DNA from: an uncultured virus (IMG/VR IMGVR_UViG_3300018050_001813)
Lineage: Duplodnaviria > Heunggongvirae > Uroviricota > Caudoviricetes
Virus record (IMG/VR): IMGVR_UViG_3300018050_001813
Span: 57,828 to 77,827 of that record
DNA: 20,000 nt
Strand: one strand, 5' to 3'
Part shown: positions 1 to 8,499 of the stretch, one piece after another
How the letters are laid out: each line of letters opens with the position of its first letter
Position numbering within the stretch: position 1 is the first letter of the stretch
Program-made: the position numbers and the translations under genes
Notes under the pieces: generated by a model
The model's database searches: none
The model's input: the letters and a program-made list of their open reading frames with translations, nothing else
What the model was told of the DNA's origin: nothing

Positions 1-462
1 ACGTTGTGGAGTAGCTGTTACTCCAAGTAGAAACGACGGATTGAAGTAATCCAGGATACGACGATACGTAGGAGCCGCTGCATGATGTGCCTCATCTATA
101 ACTATGCTATTAAAGTAGTCAGGTGGATACTTTTGTATTCGAGTTGATTGAGCTCTACCAAGAGTTGGAACACTAGCTACAACAACATCTACATGTCCAG
201 CATGGTTTTCGCCTTGTTCAATTTCTACAGTTAAATCAGGATTAGACCAAGATATTTTTTCTTTTGCCTGATGAAGAAGTTCTTCTCTGTGAGCTAGAAC
301 AAGCATAGGTAGGCTTTTTTGTTTGAACTGTGGAAGGTGGGAAAAGATAACAGTTTTCCCTGCACCAGTAGGGAGGACAACAAGTTGACGGACTATACCC
401 TTTTCAGAAAAAGATACAACAGAATCTAAAGCTTCTTGTTGGTATGGTCTGAGTTGCAACAT
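1..462 (-). CDS. SF2 DEAD/DEAH-box helicase (ResIII-like), N-terminal part; runs off the left edge of the window
   Basis: Manual translation from ATG at 462: MLQLRPYQQEAL (Q motif), LPTGAGKT (Walker A), LAHREELLHQ (motif Ia), IVIDEAHH (Walker B), GVTATP (motif III). Not in the ORF track because it has no stop in the window. Confidence 0.95.
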   Translation of the reverse strand, partial: MLQLRPYQQEALDSVVSFSEKGIVRQLVVLPTGAGKTVIFSHLPQFKQKSLPMLVLAHREELLHQAKEKISWSNPDLTVEIEQGENHAGHVDVVVASVPTLGRAQSTRIQKYPPDYFNSIVIDEAHHAAAPTYRRILDYFNPSFLLGVTATPQR

Positions 463-480
463 GATGTCCCCCCTAACGGT

Positions 481-648
481 TTAGTTGAATTCAAGTTCTG
501 TTAAATAATATTCAGAGTCCATAAGGCGTCTGATGTTTTGCTCAAACTCCTCATCTGACATAACATATGATTTTACCATATGGGGAGTTTGATATTTGTT
601 TGCGCTACAGTTGGTAACGGCAATGTATTTAATTTCTTTGTCTTGCAT
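481..648 (-). CDS. small hypothetical protein (55 aa, MQDKEIKYIAVTNCSANKYQTPHMVKSYVMS...)
   Basis: ATG-to-TAA frame that fills the gap between co-oriented genes. Confidence 0.6.
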   Translation of the reverse strand: MQDKEIKYIAVTNCSANKYQTPHMVKSYVMSDEEFEQNIRRLMDSEYYLTELEFN

Positions 649-666
649 TATTATTCATTTTCTATG

Positions 667-1263
667 TTACTGATGAATTGCACTATAATATGCAATTTTA
701 AGGGAATCAAATATCTGAAGCGAAGCTCCAGAATAACTAAGATACGAAAGACATTCGTGAACAGTATATGGCGAGGAATCTAAGTGAGTGAACATAAAAA
801 AAAGATTAATCATATCTTTTGTAGGACCTTCAAAGTTTGTGTCAAGAAGGTTCTGAGTAGTAAAATGATCAGAGTGCCAAGTGATAGTTTTATCTTGATT
901 TTTTGTATATGGAAGCTGAATTATATATCCTCGGTATTCTGAAATAAGAAAAAGTTGTAGACAATCAATTTCTTGATTATCAGAATTTTTAATAATAGAA
1001 TCCAAGGAAATTAAAGCACAGCTAGAATCTAAACAAGGATAAAGATAAAGTGCTTCAGCGAGCTTAGATAAAGTATTGGAAAAAGACTGCTGAGGAGCAG
1101 GAGTGACAACTACTTGACGAGTTTTTTCATTCTTAAAAAATGTTATCATAGGATGGTATTTAGCATCACGAGATGCTGTATCCATCAAAACATTTTGAAG
1201 AATATTAATTTCTTCATCAATAATTGCACATTCTTCTTTAATTTTTTCTAGATCGTATGTCAT
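667..1263 (-). CDS. hypothetical protein (198 aa)
   Basis: Long ORF with AGGA upstream, tightly packed in the minus-strand operon; no recognised motif. Confidence 0.8.
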   Translation of the reverse strand: MTYDLEKIKEECAIIDEEINILQNVLMDTASRDAKYHPMITFFKNEKTRQVVVTPAPQQSFSNTLSKLAEALYLYPCLDSSCALISLDSIIKNSDNQEIDCLQLFLISEYRGYIIQLPYTKNQDKTITWHSDHFTTQNLLDTNFEGPTKDMINLFFMFTHLDSSPYTVHECLSYLSYSGASLQIFDSLKIAYYSAIHQ

Positions 1264-1270
1264 ATCTGTC

Positions 1271-1597
1271 CTATAAAAGAACCATTATAGCACTAAAAAG
1301 TGCGTAGGTTCCATAAAGATAAAGGAATAAAGCGGAGAAGAAAACAAAAGAACTGGAAGCTGTCAACATAATGATAGAGAACAATACTGTTTCTACAGCC
1401 CAATAGCTGATTAGTGAAGCAGCTTTTGTTTCGTCTTTACGAAAAAAGGCAATAGACTTTCCAAGAGCTTTACCAAGCTTATGAAAGATGTTTTTATTTT
1501 TCTTAGCAGGGACAGCTAAAGCATAGGTATACGTATAAGCGTTTCCGGTAGCAATAGTTGGATTATGCATTTGAACAAGAGCATTAATAGTATTCAT
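1271..1597 (-). CDS. hypothetical membrane protein (108 aa, about 2 C-terminal TM helices)
   Basis: Hydrophobic C-terminal segments; ATGA-type overlap with the upstream gene. Confidence 0.75.
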   Translation of the reverse strand: MNTINALVQMHNPTIATGNAYTYTYALAVPAKKNKNIFHKLGKALGKSIAFFRKDETKAASLISYWAVETVLFSIIMLTASSSFVFFSALFLYLYGTYALFSAIMVLL

Positions 1598-1797
1598 AAA
1601 ACTTCCTTTCGTTTTTGAATAATTATTTCATTTTGAGGAAGCCATCCAAACCAATTTGTCTTGAGACTTTTTAGAAGAATAGATCCCTGCCGATTTGAAT
1701 TCTCAATGAATTCAAAATCAGGACCAGCTTCATTGATACGGTTTCGTGTACGACCACTAGCTGTCTGTGGATTTTTCTTGATTGTTAAAATTATCAT
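1594..1797 (-). CDS. hypothetical protein (67 aa, MIILTIKKNPQTASGRTRNRINEAG...)
   Basis: Internal ATG at 1797 of the listed 1594..1926 ORF is preceded by AGGA. Overlaps the upstream gene by 41 nt, and its stop overlaps the next start. Confidence 0.6.
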   Translation of the reverse strand: MIILTIKKNPQTASGRTRNRINEAGPDFEFIENSNRQGSILLKSLKTNWFGWLPQNEIIIQKRKEVL

Positions 1798-2221
1798 TAA
1801 TAATATTCCTAAAAGTTTTATCTCTTTCGCGATTCTGTTTAATGACATCAACGATCTGCTGAGCGAGCTCTTCAAGATCGTCTTTAAGATCTTCAGGAAC
1901 TTCATGATCTTGTTCATAGATGTCAATATGCTCCTGAAGTTGTTCAGGAGTCATTTGAAGAGTTTCGGCATATTCATTAATATAATTTCCGATAAGAGTA
2001 TAATGATAAATATCTTCATCAGACAAACCAGTTTCTCTTTGAAGATGTTCATGAGCAGCATGAACTGGTCTTACTTTAAGAAAAGCTTCAGTAGTACTAT
2101 CAGTAATTTGATTCATATAATAGATGAACAAATCCTGTTTACGACGGAAAAGCCACAGGCACTTCAATGCATGAAATTTGTCTGGATGAAAATTATCAGG
2201 AGTGTAATCATTAATATTCAT
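1757..2221 (-). CDS. hypothetical acidic helical protein (154 aa)
   Basis: ORF starts 1 nt after the dioxygenase stop; AGGA upstream. Confidence 0.8.
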   Translation of the reverse strand: MNINDYTPDNFHPDKFHALKCLWLFRRKQDLFIYYMNQITDSTTEAFLKVRPVHAAHEHLQRETGLSDEDIYHYTLIGNYINEYAETLQMTPEQLQEHIDIYEQDHEVPEDLKDDLEELAQQIVDVIKQNRERDKTFRNIINDNFNNQEKSTDS

Positions 2222-2222
2222 T

Positions 2223-2831
2223 TTAATATCCTGCGACTTTATAATCGAGTTGCTCTTCTGTCAGATTTCCGTTGGCACGATTTTCCATAAATTTGTCGTA
2301 GTCATCACGAGTATTTTTGGAGATCTGCCAAACATTAATGCCCCAACGATCTGGATGAGCATTCTCTACCCAGTGAGGATTTTTAGTATTAAACATAAAA
2401 ACCTCTCCGCCTGTTAAATCATAACGCCCTACGGGCACTGATTCATGAAGGCCGGGTTGCCAAAAATATTGGTCATTAGAACGCTCATAGTACCAAGTAA
2501 CTTTACCAAGATTGATAGACATACCTCGGTAATCAGCGTAACGCGCATCACGATGACGCCTAATATTGCCACCCTTAGTGACAAGAACTGCTTCAGGAGT
2601 AAATCCTGGAGGAGAAATAAGACGAATATAATTCATAATTCTTTCGTCTTCAAATCCTACGTGCCAAGTAGCAGAAGATGTAAGGGGTGGTGCAGTTTGG
2701 ATCCAAAGCTGACGACGACCCTTAGCAGCTCCTTGGCTATTAATGATCATGTGAGGTAGGATAGTTTCGTTAAGATAATCAACAATAGATTTTTGATTAT
2801 CTGCAGAAATTGTTTTAATATACTCTTCCAT
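2223..2831 (-). CDS. 2OG-Fe(II) dioxygenase, AlkB-like (202 aa)
   Basis: HxD motif (IRRHRDA), distal His (FNTKNPH) and Arg (DRWGINVW) in double-stranded beta-helix spacing. The ATG at 2831 follows GGGAG. Confidence 0.75.
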   Translation of the reverse strand: MEEYIKTISADNQKSIVDYLNETILPHMIINSQGAAKGRRQLWIQTAPPLTSSATWHVGFEDERIMNYIRLISPPGFTPEAVLVTKGGNIRRHRDARYADYRGMSINLGKVTWYYERSNDQYFWQPGLHESVPVGRYDLTGGEVFMFNTKNPHWVENAHPDRWGINVWQISKNTRDDYDKFMENRANGNLTEEQLDYKVAGY

Positions 2832-2930
2832 AATATATATTTCTCCCAAATAAAATAAAAGGTTCAGATTTTTGTATGAACTATTATTTTTTAAAAACAC
2901 TTAATCTTCATGTTACGTAATCGTGTTGTA

Positions 2931-3675
2931 TGGTTCATTTCCAGGCGTTGTTACAATTGCACGCGCTTGATTCATTCTGGTATCTTAATATAAGTCAACG
3001 GTATTGATTCATTCGACCCAAATGATATAAATCGCTCGCGATAATTCATTCAAACTGGGTGTTACAATTCTGAAGATTTGATTCATTCTACTGGGATGTT
3101 ACAATTCGTACTGCGTGATTCATTCTTTCTGCTTGTTACTAATTATTCATGATGATTCATTCGGGTACGCTGTTACTAATTTTTCCATTTGATTCATTCG
3201 TTCAATATAATACAAGTCAAAAAGGCTGATTCATTCTAGAGCTATAATACAATTCGGATAGAGTGATTCATTCTGAACAATTGATACAGTTCATGGAAGG
3301 TGATTCATTCATGAAGTGTGATATTTATTTTTGGGTTTGATTCATTCATCAACAATGATACTAATCTTAGAAAATAATTCATTTATTGTGAGTGTTACAA
3401 ATCATTGAGTATAATTCATTCGTCCGATTTGTTATTAATCATATTTGATGATTCATTCTTAGATGATGTTACTAATCTATCCTTTTGATTCATTCGCGGT
3501 CGATGTTACTAATTCCATATCGTGATTCATTCAATTCGGCTGTTACTAATTTTTCCATTTGATTCATTCTGGCAACTTGTTACTAATTACGCTTTTTGAT
3601 TCATTCGCTTTCGTTGTTACTAATCGGTCAGAATGATTCATTCATTCGCGCTGTTACTAATCGGGCCCATTGATT
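2931..3675 (-). ncRNA. TIGR-like dual-repeat guide-RNA array: 20 units of 37 bp
   Basis: Plus-strand unit is TGATTCATTC-N8-TGTTACTAAT(variants)-N9. Units start exactly every 37 bp (2931, 2968, 3005 ... 3634), with a partial repeat at 3671 and a degenerate half-unit at 2911-2930. The variable segments are almost all unique. Adjacent to a Nop-domain gene. Confidence 0.9.
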
Positions 3676-3702
3676 TAAATTTTATTATAAAAAATTTGTA
3701 TA

Positions 3703-3736
3703 CCGAGGTACACCCATATTTCTGGATATACCCCGG
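3703..3736 (-). promoter_or_regulatory. 14-bp stem-loop between the tas gene and the array (leader, processing or terminator hairpin); TATAAT at 3684-3689
   Basis: Minus strand CCGGGGUAUAUCCA-GAAAUA-UGGGUGUACCUCGG pairs fully only when G-U pairs are used on the minus strand. Confidence 0.6.
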
Positions 3737-3749
3737 CAACAAACACTAG

Positions 3750-4676
3750 TCATGCAAATGGATTGTTAGGAATAGCAATTTCATGTACGTGTCCACCATG
3801 TTCAATGATGTACGGGCGAGGCGCAGGTGTGCCATGATGAGCCTGATATGCCACTGCGTGATAGTGGCTCAGGAAGATCTTGGCAGCAAAGCGTCGTGCT
3901 TGTGCATCAATCTGTGCAGGAGGAAGCTTGCCTGATTCGAGACAGGTACGAGTAGGATTATTGCCCCACTTCTTAGTGGTAAGAATCTGCTTAGCAAATT
4001 CTGCATAATCTCCAGCTTCGTTCTTTTCGATGCGGCGAGCCTTATCCTGCTTGTAGAGATGACCGTAGAAGCACTGATCTTTATTGGAGAACTTCATGAA
4101 GCTCTGACCAATCTTCCAAGTGAGAGTCTTCAACTGTGCGTTGAAGGGGCGCTTCTGGCCTTTTTCCCACTTGATAGTAGGATCAATACCAGCGTAACGC
4201 CAGATTGCTCCAGCAGTCGGTGCCTTCTCGATGTCAATATGAGCAACGAGTCCAGCAGTAATAACTGGTCCAATGCCATACTGGCTTTTAGCCCAGTTGC
4301 CGACTACGAACTGATCACCAAAGTGATCAAGCGGAGAGACAAGTGACTTCTCTAGCATCTCAATAACAGTTGCATAATAGCTGAGCAGTTCATGAGGACT
4401 ACCAGCCTTAGTCAAGTCACGGACTTGGTTGTTATAACCAAGGCGTGCTTTCTGCAAGTCATAATAAAGCGAGACAAGTTCGCGTGCGGAGCGTCGATCA
4501 AGATCAACTTCCATCTTGCGAACATCCTTATTGAGGACTCGCTGATTGAATTGAAAGAAATCGAATGCTTGACGAACAATGTCGTCAGGATGAGTTTGAT
4601 CTTCAAGAATATCATCAAGAAGATGATCATCTTCATGGATTTCATTGTCATTAATGTGGAATTCTGCGGAAGTCAT
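3750..4676 (-). CDS. tasA: TIGR-associated Nop-domain protein, TasA-like (no RuvC/HNH), related to the IS110 C-terminal domain and Nop5
   Basis: Coiled-coil segment (YYDLQKARLGYNNQVR), then YGIGPVITAGLVAHID..AGAIWRYAGIDP, GQKRPFNAQLKTLTWKIGQSFMK and AQARRFAAKIFLSH. No N-terminal DEDD RuvC motif. The dual-spacer array is immediately downstream. Confidence 0.85.
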   Translation of the reverse strand: MTSAEFHINDNEIHEDDHLLDDILEDQTHPDDIVRQAFDFFQFNQRVLNKDVRKMEVDLDRRSARELVSLYYDLQKARLGYNNQVRDLTKAGSPHELLSYYATVIEMLEKSLVSPLDHFGDQFVVGNWAKSQYGIGPVITAGLVAHIDIEKAPTAGAIWRYAGIDPTIKWEKGQKRPFNAQLKTLTWKIGQSFMKFSNKDQCFYGHLYKQDKARRIEKNEAGDYAEFAKQILTTKKWGNNPTRTCLESGKLPPAQIDAQARRFAAKIFLSHYHAVAYQAHHGTPAPRPYIIEHGGHVHEIAIPNNPFA

Positions 4677-4738
4677 AAATACTCCTTAAGTCTATTAACA
4701 AATTTTTTTATTATATAGCGATTCTTTTATGTATGTAG

Positions 4739-4785
4739 AAAAAAGTTGTGGAGGGACCCGATAGGGCAGGTCCCTCCACAACTTT
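4739..4785 (-). terminator. intrinsic terminator after the RNA polymerase gene
   Basis: 17-bp perfect inverted repeat AAAGTTGTGGAGGGACC/GGTCCCTCCACAACTTT, ending in a T run on the minus strand. Confidence 0.8.
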
Positions 4786-4800
4786 GTATGAACATGCTGT

Positions 4801-7368
4801 TTAGTACAGCGACTTCTCCAGCTTTCTGACAGGAGGCTTAGGGCTGACGAAGACGATAGGAGACTGCTCCGCGTGAGCTCTCTGAAACTCAAGCGGATCA
4901 GTATATTCCACTTCGATGCCTTGGGCATCCTTCCAGAGCCAACTCTTCTTGATATCTGTAACAATCTTCATGCGATCTTTGACAAGTTCGCGATGGGCAG
5001 AACGAGCAATTCCGTAATACTGAAGAGCTTCTTCAAGATACGGAAAGACGAATCTGTTCATCACAACCTGGTCAGTGACCTTACCAGTAGAAGTAGGGTT
5101 CTTGATTGATTCAGAATAGAGTGCAATCACAAAGTCATATGAATCGAGAATTCGCTCATAAGAATTGATCTTGTCAACAATATCTGAATACAAATGTTCC
5201 CACGAAGAACGCTGGATTGCTCCAGAGCTCTTCGTTACTTCTGTGGAATTAGTATTGTACAGGTTCATTCGGAATTGGCGAAGAACTGGATAAGCATGAT
5301 GGCGAAGACGATTGCCAAGTTGGTGAATGATCTCATCAGGACGGGCGTTCTTCTGAGACCAATCACGAACGCTGTTTACGTAACGCTTGAAATAAGTGTC
5401 ACATAGTGCGTTCAGCTGCGAGAGCTTACCGTGATAAAGTTCCACGGTTTCGCCTCGCTTAAGGAATCGCTTCATTCCACGCTTGTACCAAAAGTCCTCA
5501 TCAATCGGTTTGCCGGATTTGATGACTTCACGCATCATCTGTTCGGCTTCACGATCAATAGCAAGGACATCAGCGGCGTTGTCGGGATTAATGCACTTAT
5601 CGATAGCAGTTTCCAAAGTGCACAATTGGACAGGTCGATGCTTAGCAATGACCATAGAATGGGCCATTGCGGCGTTGACGAATCCACCGACGTTACCACC
5701 AGCCATAGCAATTTTGATGTCACGAATGACATCATCTTGAGTGTAAGGGCCAGTTCGCTTTACCTTAGGCAATGCTTCGGAAGGAAGTCCAGTATACTGG
5801 ATCTTATTCGCAAAGATTGAGCTAGACAAGCGAGGAGGCCATCCACGACCGTTAACTTCGGGGAACATGACGGGAGTACCATCTGCCTTATGCCACGTGG
5901 GGGCCCAAGAGCCCTCCACATAGCGGAAGATGGTGTATTCGCCGTAGCCATTTGGTGAACGAGTGGCTACAACGACTTTCTCTCCGTCATAATCTCCGCC
6001 TTGCATGGTGCGGTAGAAGAGCTTGAAGAAGTCATCTTCATCCATACCACCATGGCTCTCATACATTTCGAGCCAATCGCAATCGTTAACGACGTGACAA
6101 CCAAGAGCATTGCAACGTACGATTGTATCCTCTTCAACGATCATATCATATCCTGCCATGCGAGCAAGGCTTTCCGGAATGATCTGTTCGTAGACTGAAC
6201 AGGGAATAACAATCTTAGTTTGCAATGGCTTTGCGTGACTGATAGCAACGGTTTCGAACAACCAAGGAGACTGAGTAACCTTGAAGCCAGCAGCAGCCCA
6301 GCGATAGCCCACATATGCCATGCGGGCTCGCGCTTCGTGCTCTTCTGCTAGATCAACGTTAGATTCATTCTTCTTGGAGTCTTGCCATTTGCGCTGATAA
6401 ATGTACTTCCAGTTAGTAAGAAGATTACCGCTAGTAGCTTGCTCAAAGAGCTTCTTGTAATCTTCACTAAGCCACATTTCCATGTCGCTCTTGCGGAACA
6501 GTTTGGGAAGGTTGATGACGGTTTGGTCATCGGTAATCACTCGGGACTTCGGGCCTTGAGGTTCGGCGAGGAACCGATAGCCTTTGTCATAAGTGACTTC
6601 CTTCTTGATGTTCTCACGAGAGGTGATGACGTCAACTCCTTCGGGCAAATCTGCCACAAAGGCATTACCCTTCAGGAGTCCGTCAGCGAAAATGAGGCGC
6701 GCATTAACGACTGTAGAATTCAGAAGATCGTCTACCATTTGCTGGTAAACACGAGGATCATAATAATAATCATGATCCTCCATCTTATCCATGGAGAGGT
6801 GGAACGGAATGTTCTTCACCGATTCCTGGATGATTCTACGACTGATGACGAAACCGCCATCAAGGAGTCGTGCTACAGTTTCTGGAGCAGAAAGCCAAGA
6901 GGCAACACCGTTTTCGGCATTGCTGTCTTGGAAATTGTAGCGGGAATATTCGGTAGGCTCAACATAACGAATGTTGAGATTGTCGAAATGAGCGTTGAGC
7001 AGAGTGGGTCGGTGGAATGACTTGAGACGCTTATTGGTCTTGTCGCCAGAATGAACGTTGTAACCAAGTTCATTGACGACAGACATCCAACCGGGACGCC
7101 CGTCAACAACAACAAAGACAACTTTGTTCTTATCGACAAGGGCGTACTGCACCTTGGGGTTATTGACCAGCGAAACAGCATAGTTAAACTGCTTTTCATT
7201 CTTAGGAATGGGAAGAGTAAAGACTTTGTATTCGCCGGCTGCAACGTGGTTTAGAATCTCGCGGAGAACTCCAGCGTCGTAGAATCCGAAACGATAGCGT
7301 TCTCCACCACGGAGAGGTCCTTGATATTCTGACTGCAAACGCAACTTGGGTGTGTAAATTTCTTCCAT
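4801..7368 (-). CDS. single-subunit two-barrel RNA polymerase, YonO / eukaryotic RdRP-related (855 aa)
   Basis: RdRP-family motifs: LDGGFVISRRI (~DGxGxIS), R..GLLKG...ITSRENIK, acidic loop HGGMDEDD plus GGDYDGE, VVATRSP, NVGGFVN (~lGxixN), LETAIDK (~AVDxxK). Confidence 0.75.
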   Translation of the reverse strand: MEEIYTPKLRLQSEYQGPLRGGERYRFGFYDAGVLREILNHVAAGEYKVFTLPIPKNEKQFNYAVSLVNNPKVQYALVDKNKVVFVVVDGRPGWMSVVNELGYNVHSGDKTNKRLKSFHRPTLLNAHFDNLNIRYVEPTEYSRYNFQDSNAENGVASWLSAPETVARLLDGGFVISRRIIQESVKNIPFHLSMDKMEDHDYYYDPRVYQQMVDDLLNSTVVNARLIFADGLLKGNAFVADLPEGVDVITSRENIKKEVTYDKGYRFLAEPQGPKSRVITDDQTVINLPKLFRKSDMEMWLSEDYKKLFEQATSGNLLTNWKYIYQRKWQDSKKNESNVDLAEEHEARARMAYVGYRWAAAGFKVTQSPWLFETVAISHAKPLQTKIVIPCSVYEQIIPESLARMAGYDMIVEEDTIVRCNALGCHVVNDCDWLEMYESHGGMDEDDFFKLFYRTMQGGDYDGEKVVVATRSPNGYGEYTIFRYVEGSWAPTWHKADGTPVMFPEVNGRGWPPRLSSSIFANKIQYTGLPSEALPKVKRTGPYTQDDVIRDIKIAMAGGNVGGFVNAAMAHSMVIAKHRPVQLCTLETAIDKCINPDNAADVLAIDREAEQMMREVIKSGKPIDEDFWYKRGMKRFLKRGETVELYHGKLSQLNALCDTYFKRYVNSVRDWSQKNARPDEIIHQLGNRLRHHAYPVLRQFRMNLYNTNSTEVTKSSGAIQRSSWEHLYSDIVDKINSYERILDSYDFVIALYSESIKNPTSTGKVTDQVVMNRFVFPYLEEALQYYGIARSAHRELVKDRMKIVTDIKKSWLWKDAQGIEVEYTDPLEFQRAHAEQSPIVFVSPKPPVRKLEKSLY

Positions 7369-7417
7369 AATACCCCCTTAGGTAAGGTGTCCTGTCTTTT
7401 GTATAAACAAATATTTA

Positions 7418-7879
7418 TTAAGCTTGATTACGAGATGCATGACGTGCCTTGAAGGCACGATACTTATTCATGTAAAGTTGAAGCTTTTCAAGAATGGAAC
7501 GAGAAGCCCAAATTGGAAAGGTAATGATTCTCAAAATCTTATAGATAAGATGAAGAGTGTCTTTGGTAACTGTTTTGGTTTTATCAGAATAATACTTGAT
7601 AAGGTTGCCACCTTTGGCTTGAGCTTCTGGAGAGTCATAAGCCCATTCCAAGACGGCATAACCAGGAACAGCAATAACAGTAGAAATGATTGCTGCAGCC
7701 ATGGCAATAAGGCCAGCTGCACCAAACATAATACCCAAGACAAATGATAAGGCAATAGATATTGCAAGGTTGACTGCTTTATTCTTCTTTGCTGCACGGC
7801 GCCAAGCTGGAAACTTGGATGCAAAGGTAAGCTCGACAATCGCTGAAGCGATAGCGAGCATCATCATAAATGCGAACAT
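7418..7879 (-). CDS. hypothetical membrane protein (153 aa, about 3 TM helices)
   Basis: Ala-rich hydrophobic helices; GGAG upstream. Confidence 0.8.
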   Translation of the reverse strand: MFAFMMMLAIASAIVELTFASKFPAWRRAAKKNKAVNLAISIALSFVLGIMFGAAGLIAMAAAIISTVIAVPGYAVLEWAYDSPEAQAKGGNLIKYYSDKTKTVTKDTLHLIYKILRIITFPIWASRSILEKLQLYMNKYRAFKARHASRNQA

Positions 7880-7917
7880 TGATCTCCGATCATAGATGGT
7901 GTTTTTTTGGATATAGC

Positions 7918-7959
7918 AAAAGACGAGGACTTGCCCCTGCTAGCAGAGGTGTCCTCGTC
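7918..7959 (-). terminator. probable intrinsic terminator
   Basis: GACGAGGAC/GTCCTCGTC stem with an inner CTGC/GCAG stem, followed by TTTT on the minus strand. Confidence 0.6.
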
Positions 7960-7990
7960 CTTTGTATGGACTGTAGGTTGTGATTAAATA

Positions 7991-8497
7991 CTATTTACAT
8001 CTTGTAGCCCAAGGTCTCCAGCCACAACCATTGCGATCTTGACTGTATTGCCACATTGCCCATCCTGCACGCAGGTTGGTTAGTGGATCAAACAGATCTT
8101 CGCATGTGTTGAGGATGGATTTTTGTTGCAGCCAACCGTTAGGGTTGTATTTGTTTTTTCTGCACCAATATCCATTAATCTGAATGAGACCACGGCTACC
8201 TCCGTTAGGATCAGACTTGTTGAAGGAAAATGTATTACAGCGAGATTCACGATACATTACCTTGCTAAGAGTTGGCCATTGTGATTCTGGCCAGCCTGCT
8301 TGAATAGCAAGATCATGATACTCGCCACATCTTCCATAGATAAGTCTTCCTAGTTCAGTCCAATTTACTTGAGAAAAGTCAATTGGAGTATCCGAACTTT
8401 TAGGAGAGTATGCCGATATAGGCTGGTTTGATGTGAATAGAATTCCGGTAGATAAAATCAACGCGGAAATGATTACAACTAACTTGTTATTAGTCAT
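7991..8497 (-). CDS. secreted lytic transglycosylase-like (SLT/lysozyme-fold) protein
   Basis: N-terminal signal or TM segment; catalytic RESRC, SRGLIQIN, LFDPLTNL and GWRPW motifs. Confidence 0.85.
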   Translation of the reverse strand: MTNNKLVVIISALILSTGILFTSNQPISAYSPKSSDTPIDFSQVNWTELGRLIYGRCGEYHDLAIQAGWPESQWPTLSKVMYRESRCNTFSFNKSDPNGGSRGLIQINGYWCRKNKYNPNGWLQQKSILNTCEDLFDPLTNLRAGWAMWQYSQDRNGCGWRPWATRCK

Positions 8498-8499
8498 AA

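Noticed and set aside
2931..3675. CRISPR array
   Set aside because: Conserved blocks are only ~10 nt, of two alternating types, with 8-9 nt variable segments; no cas genes are present.
2931..3675. Coding tandem repeat, iteron origin or simple VNTR
   Set aside because: The 37-bp period is not a multiple of 3 and no ORF spans it. The variable segments are unique yet fixed in length, and the neighbour is a Nop-domain gene rather than a Rep.
2931..3675. Self-targets of the array spacers within the window
   Set aside because: None noticed by eye for the few units tried; this needs a computational search.
3750..4676. IS110 transposase / insertion sequence
   Set aside because: No N-terminal DEDD RuvC domain and no obvious catalytic SG motif after YAG; paired with a multi-unit array instead.
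4412..7839. Alternative-frame minus-strand ORFs nested in tas, the RNAP and the membrane gene
   Set aside because: Fully overlapped by better-supported genes; composition typical of off-frame translation.
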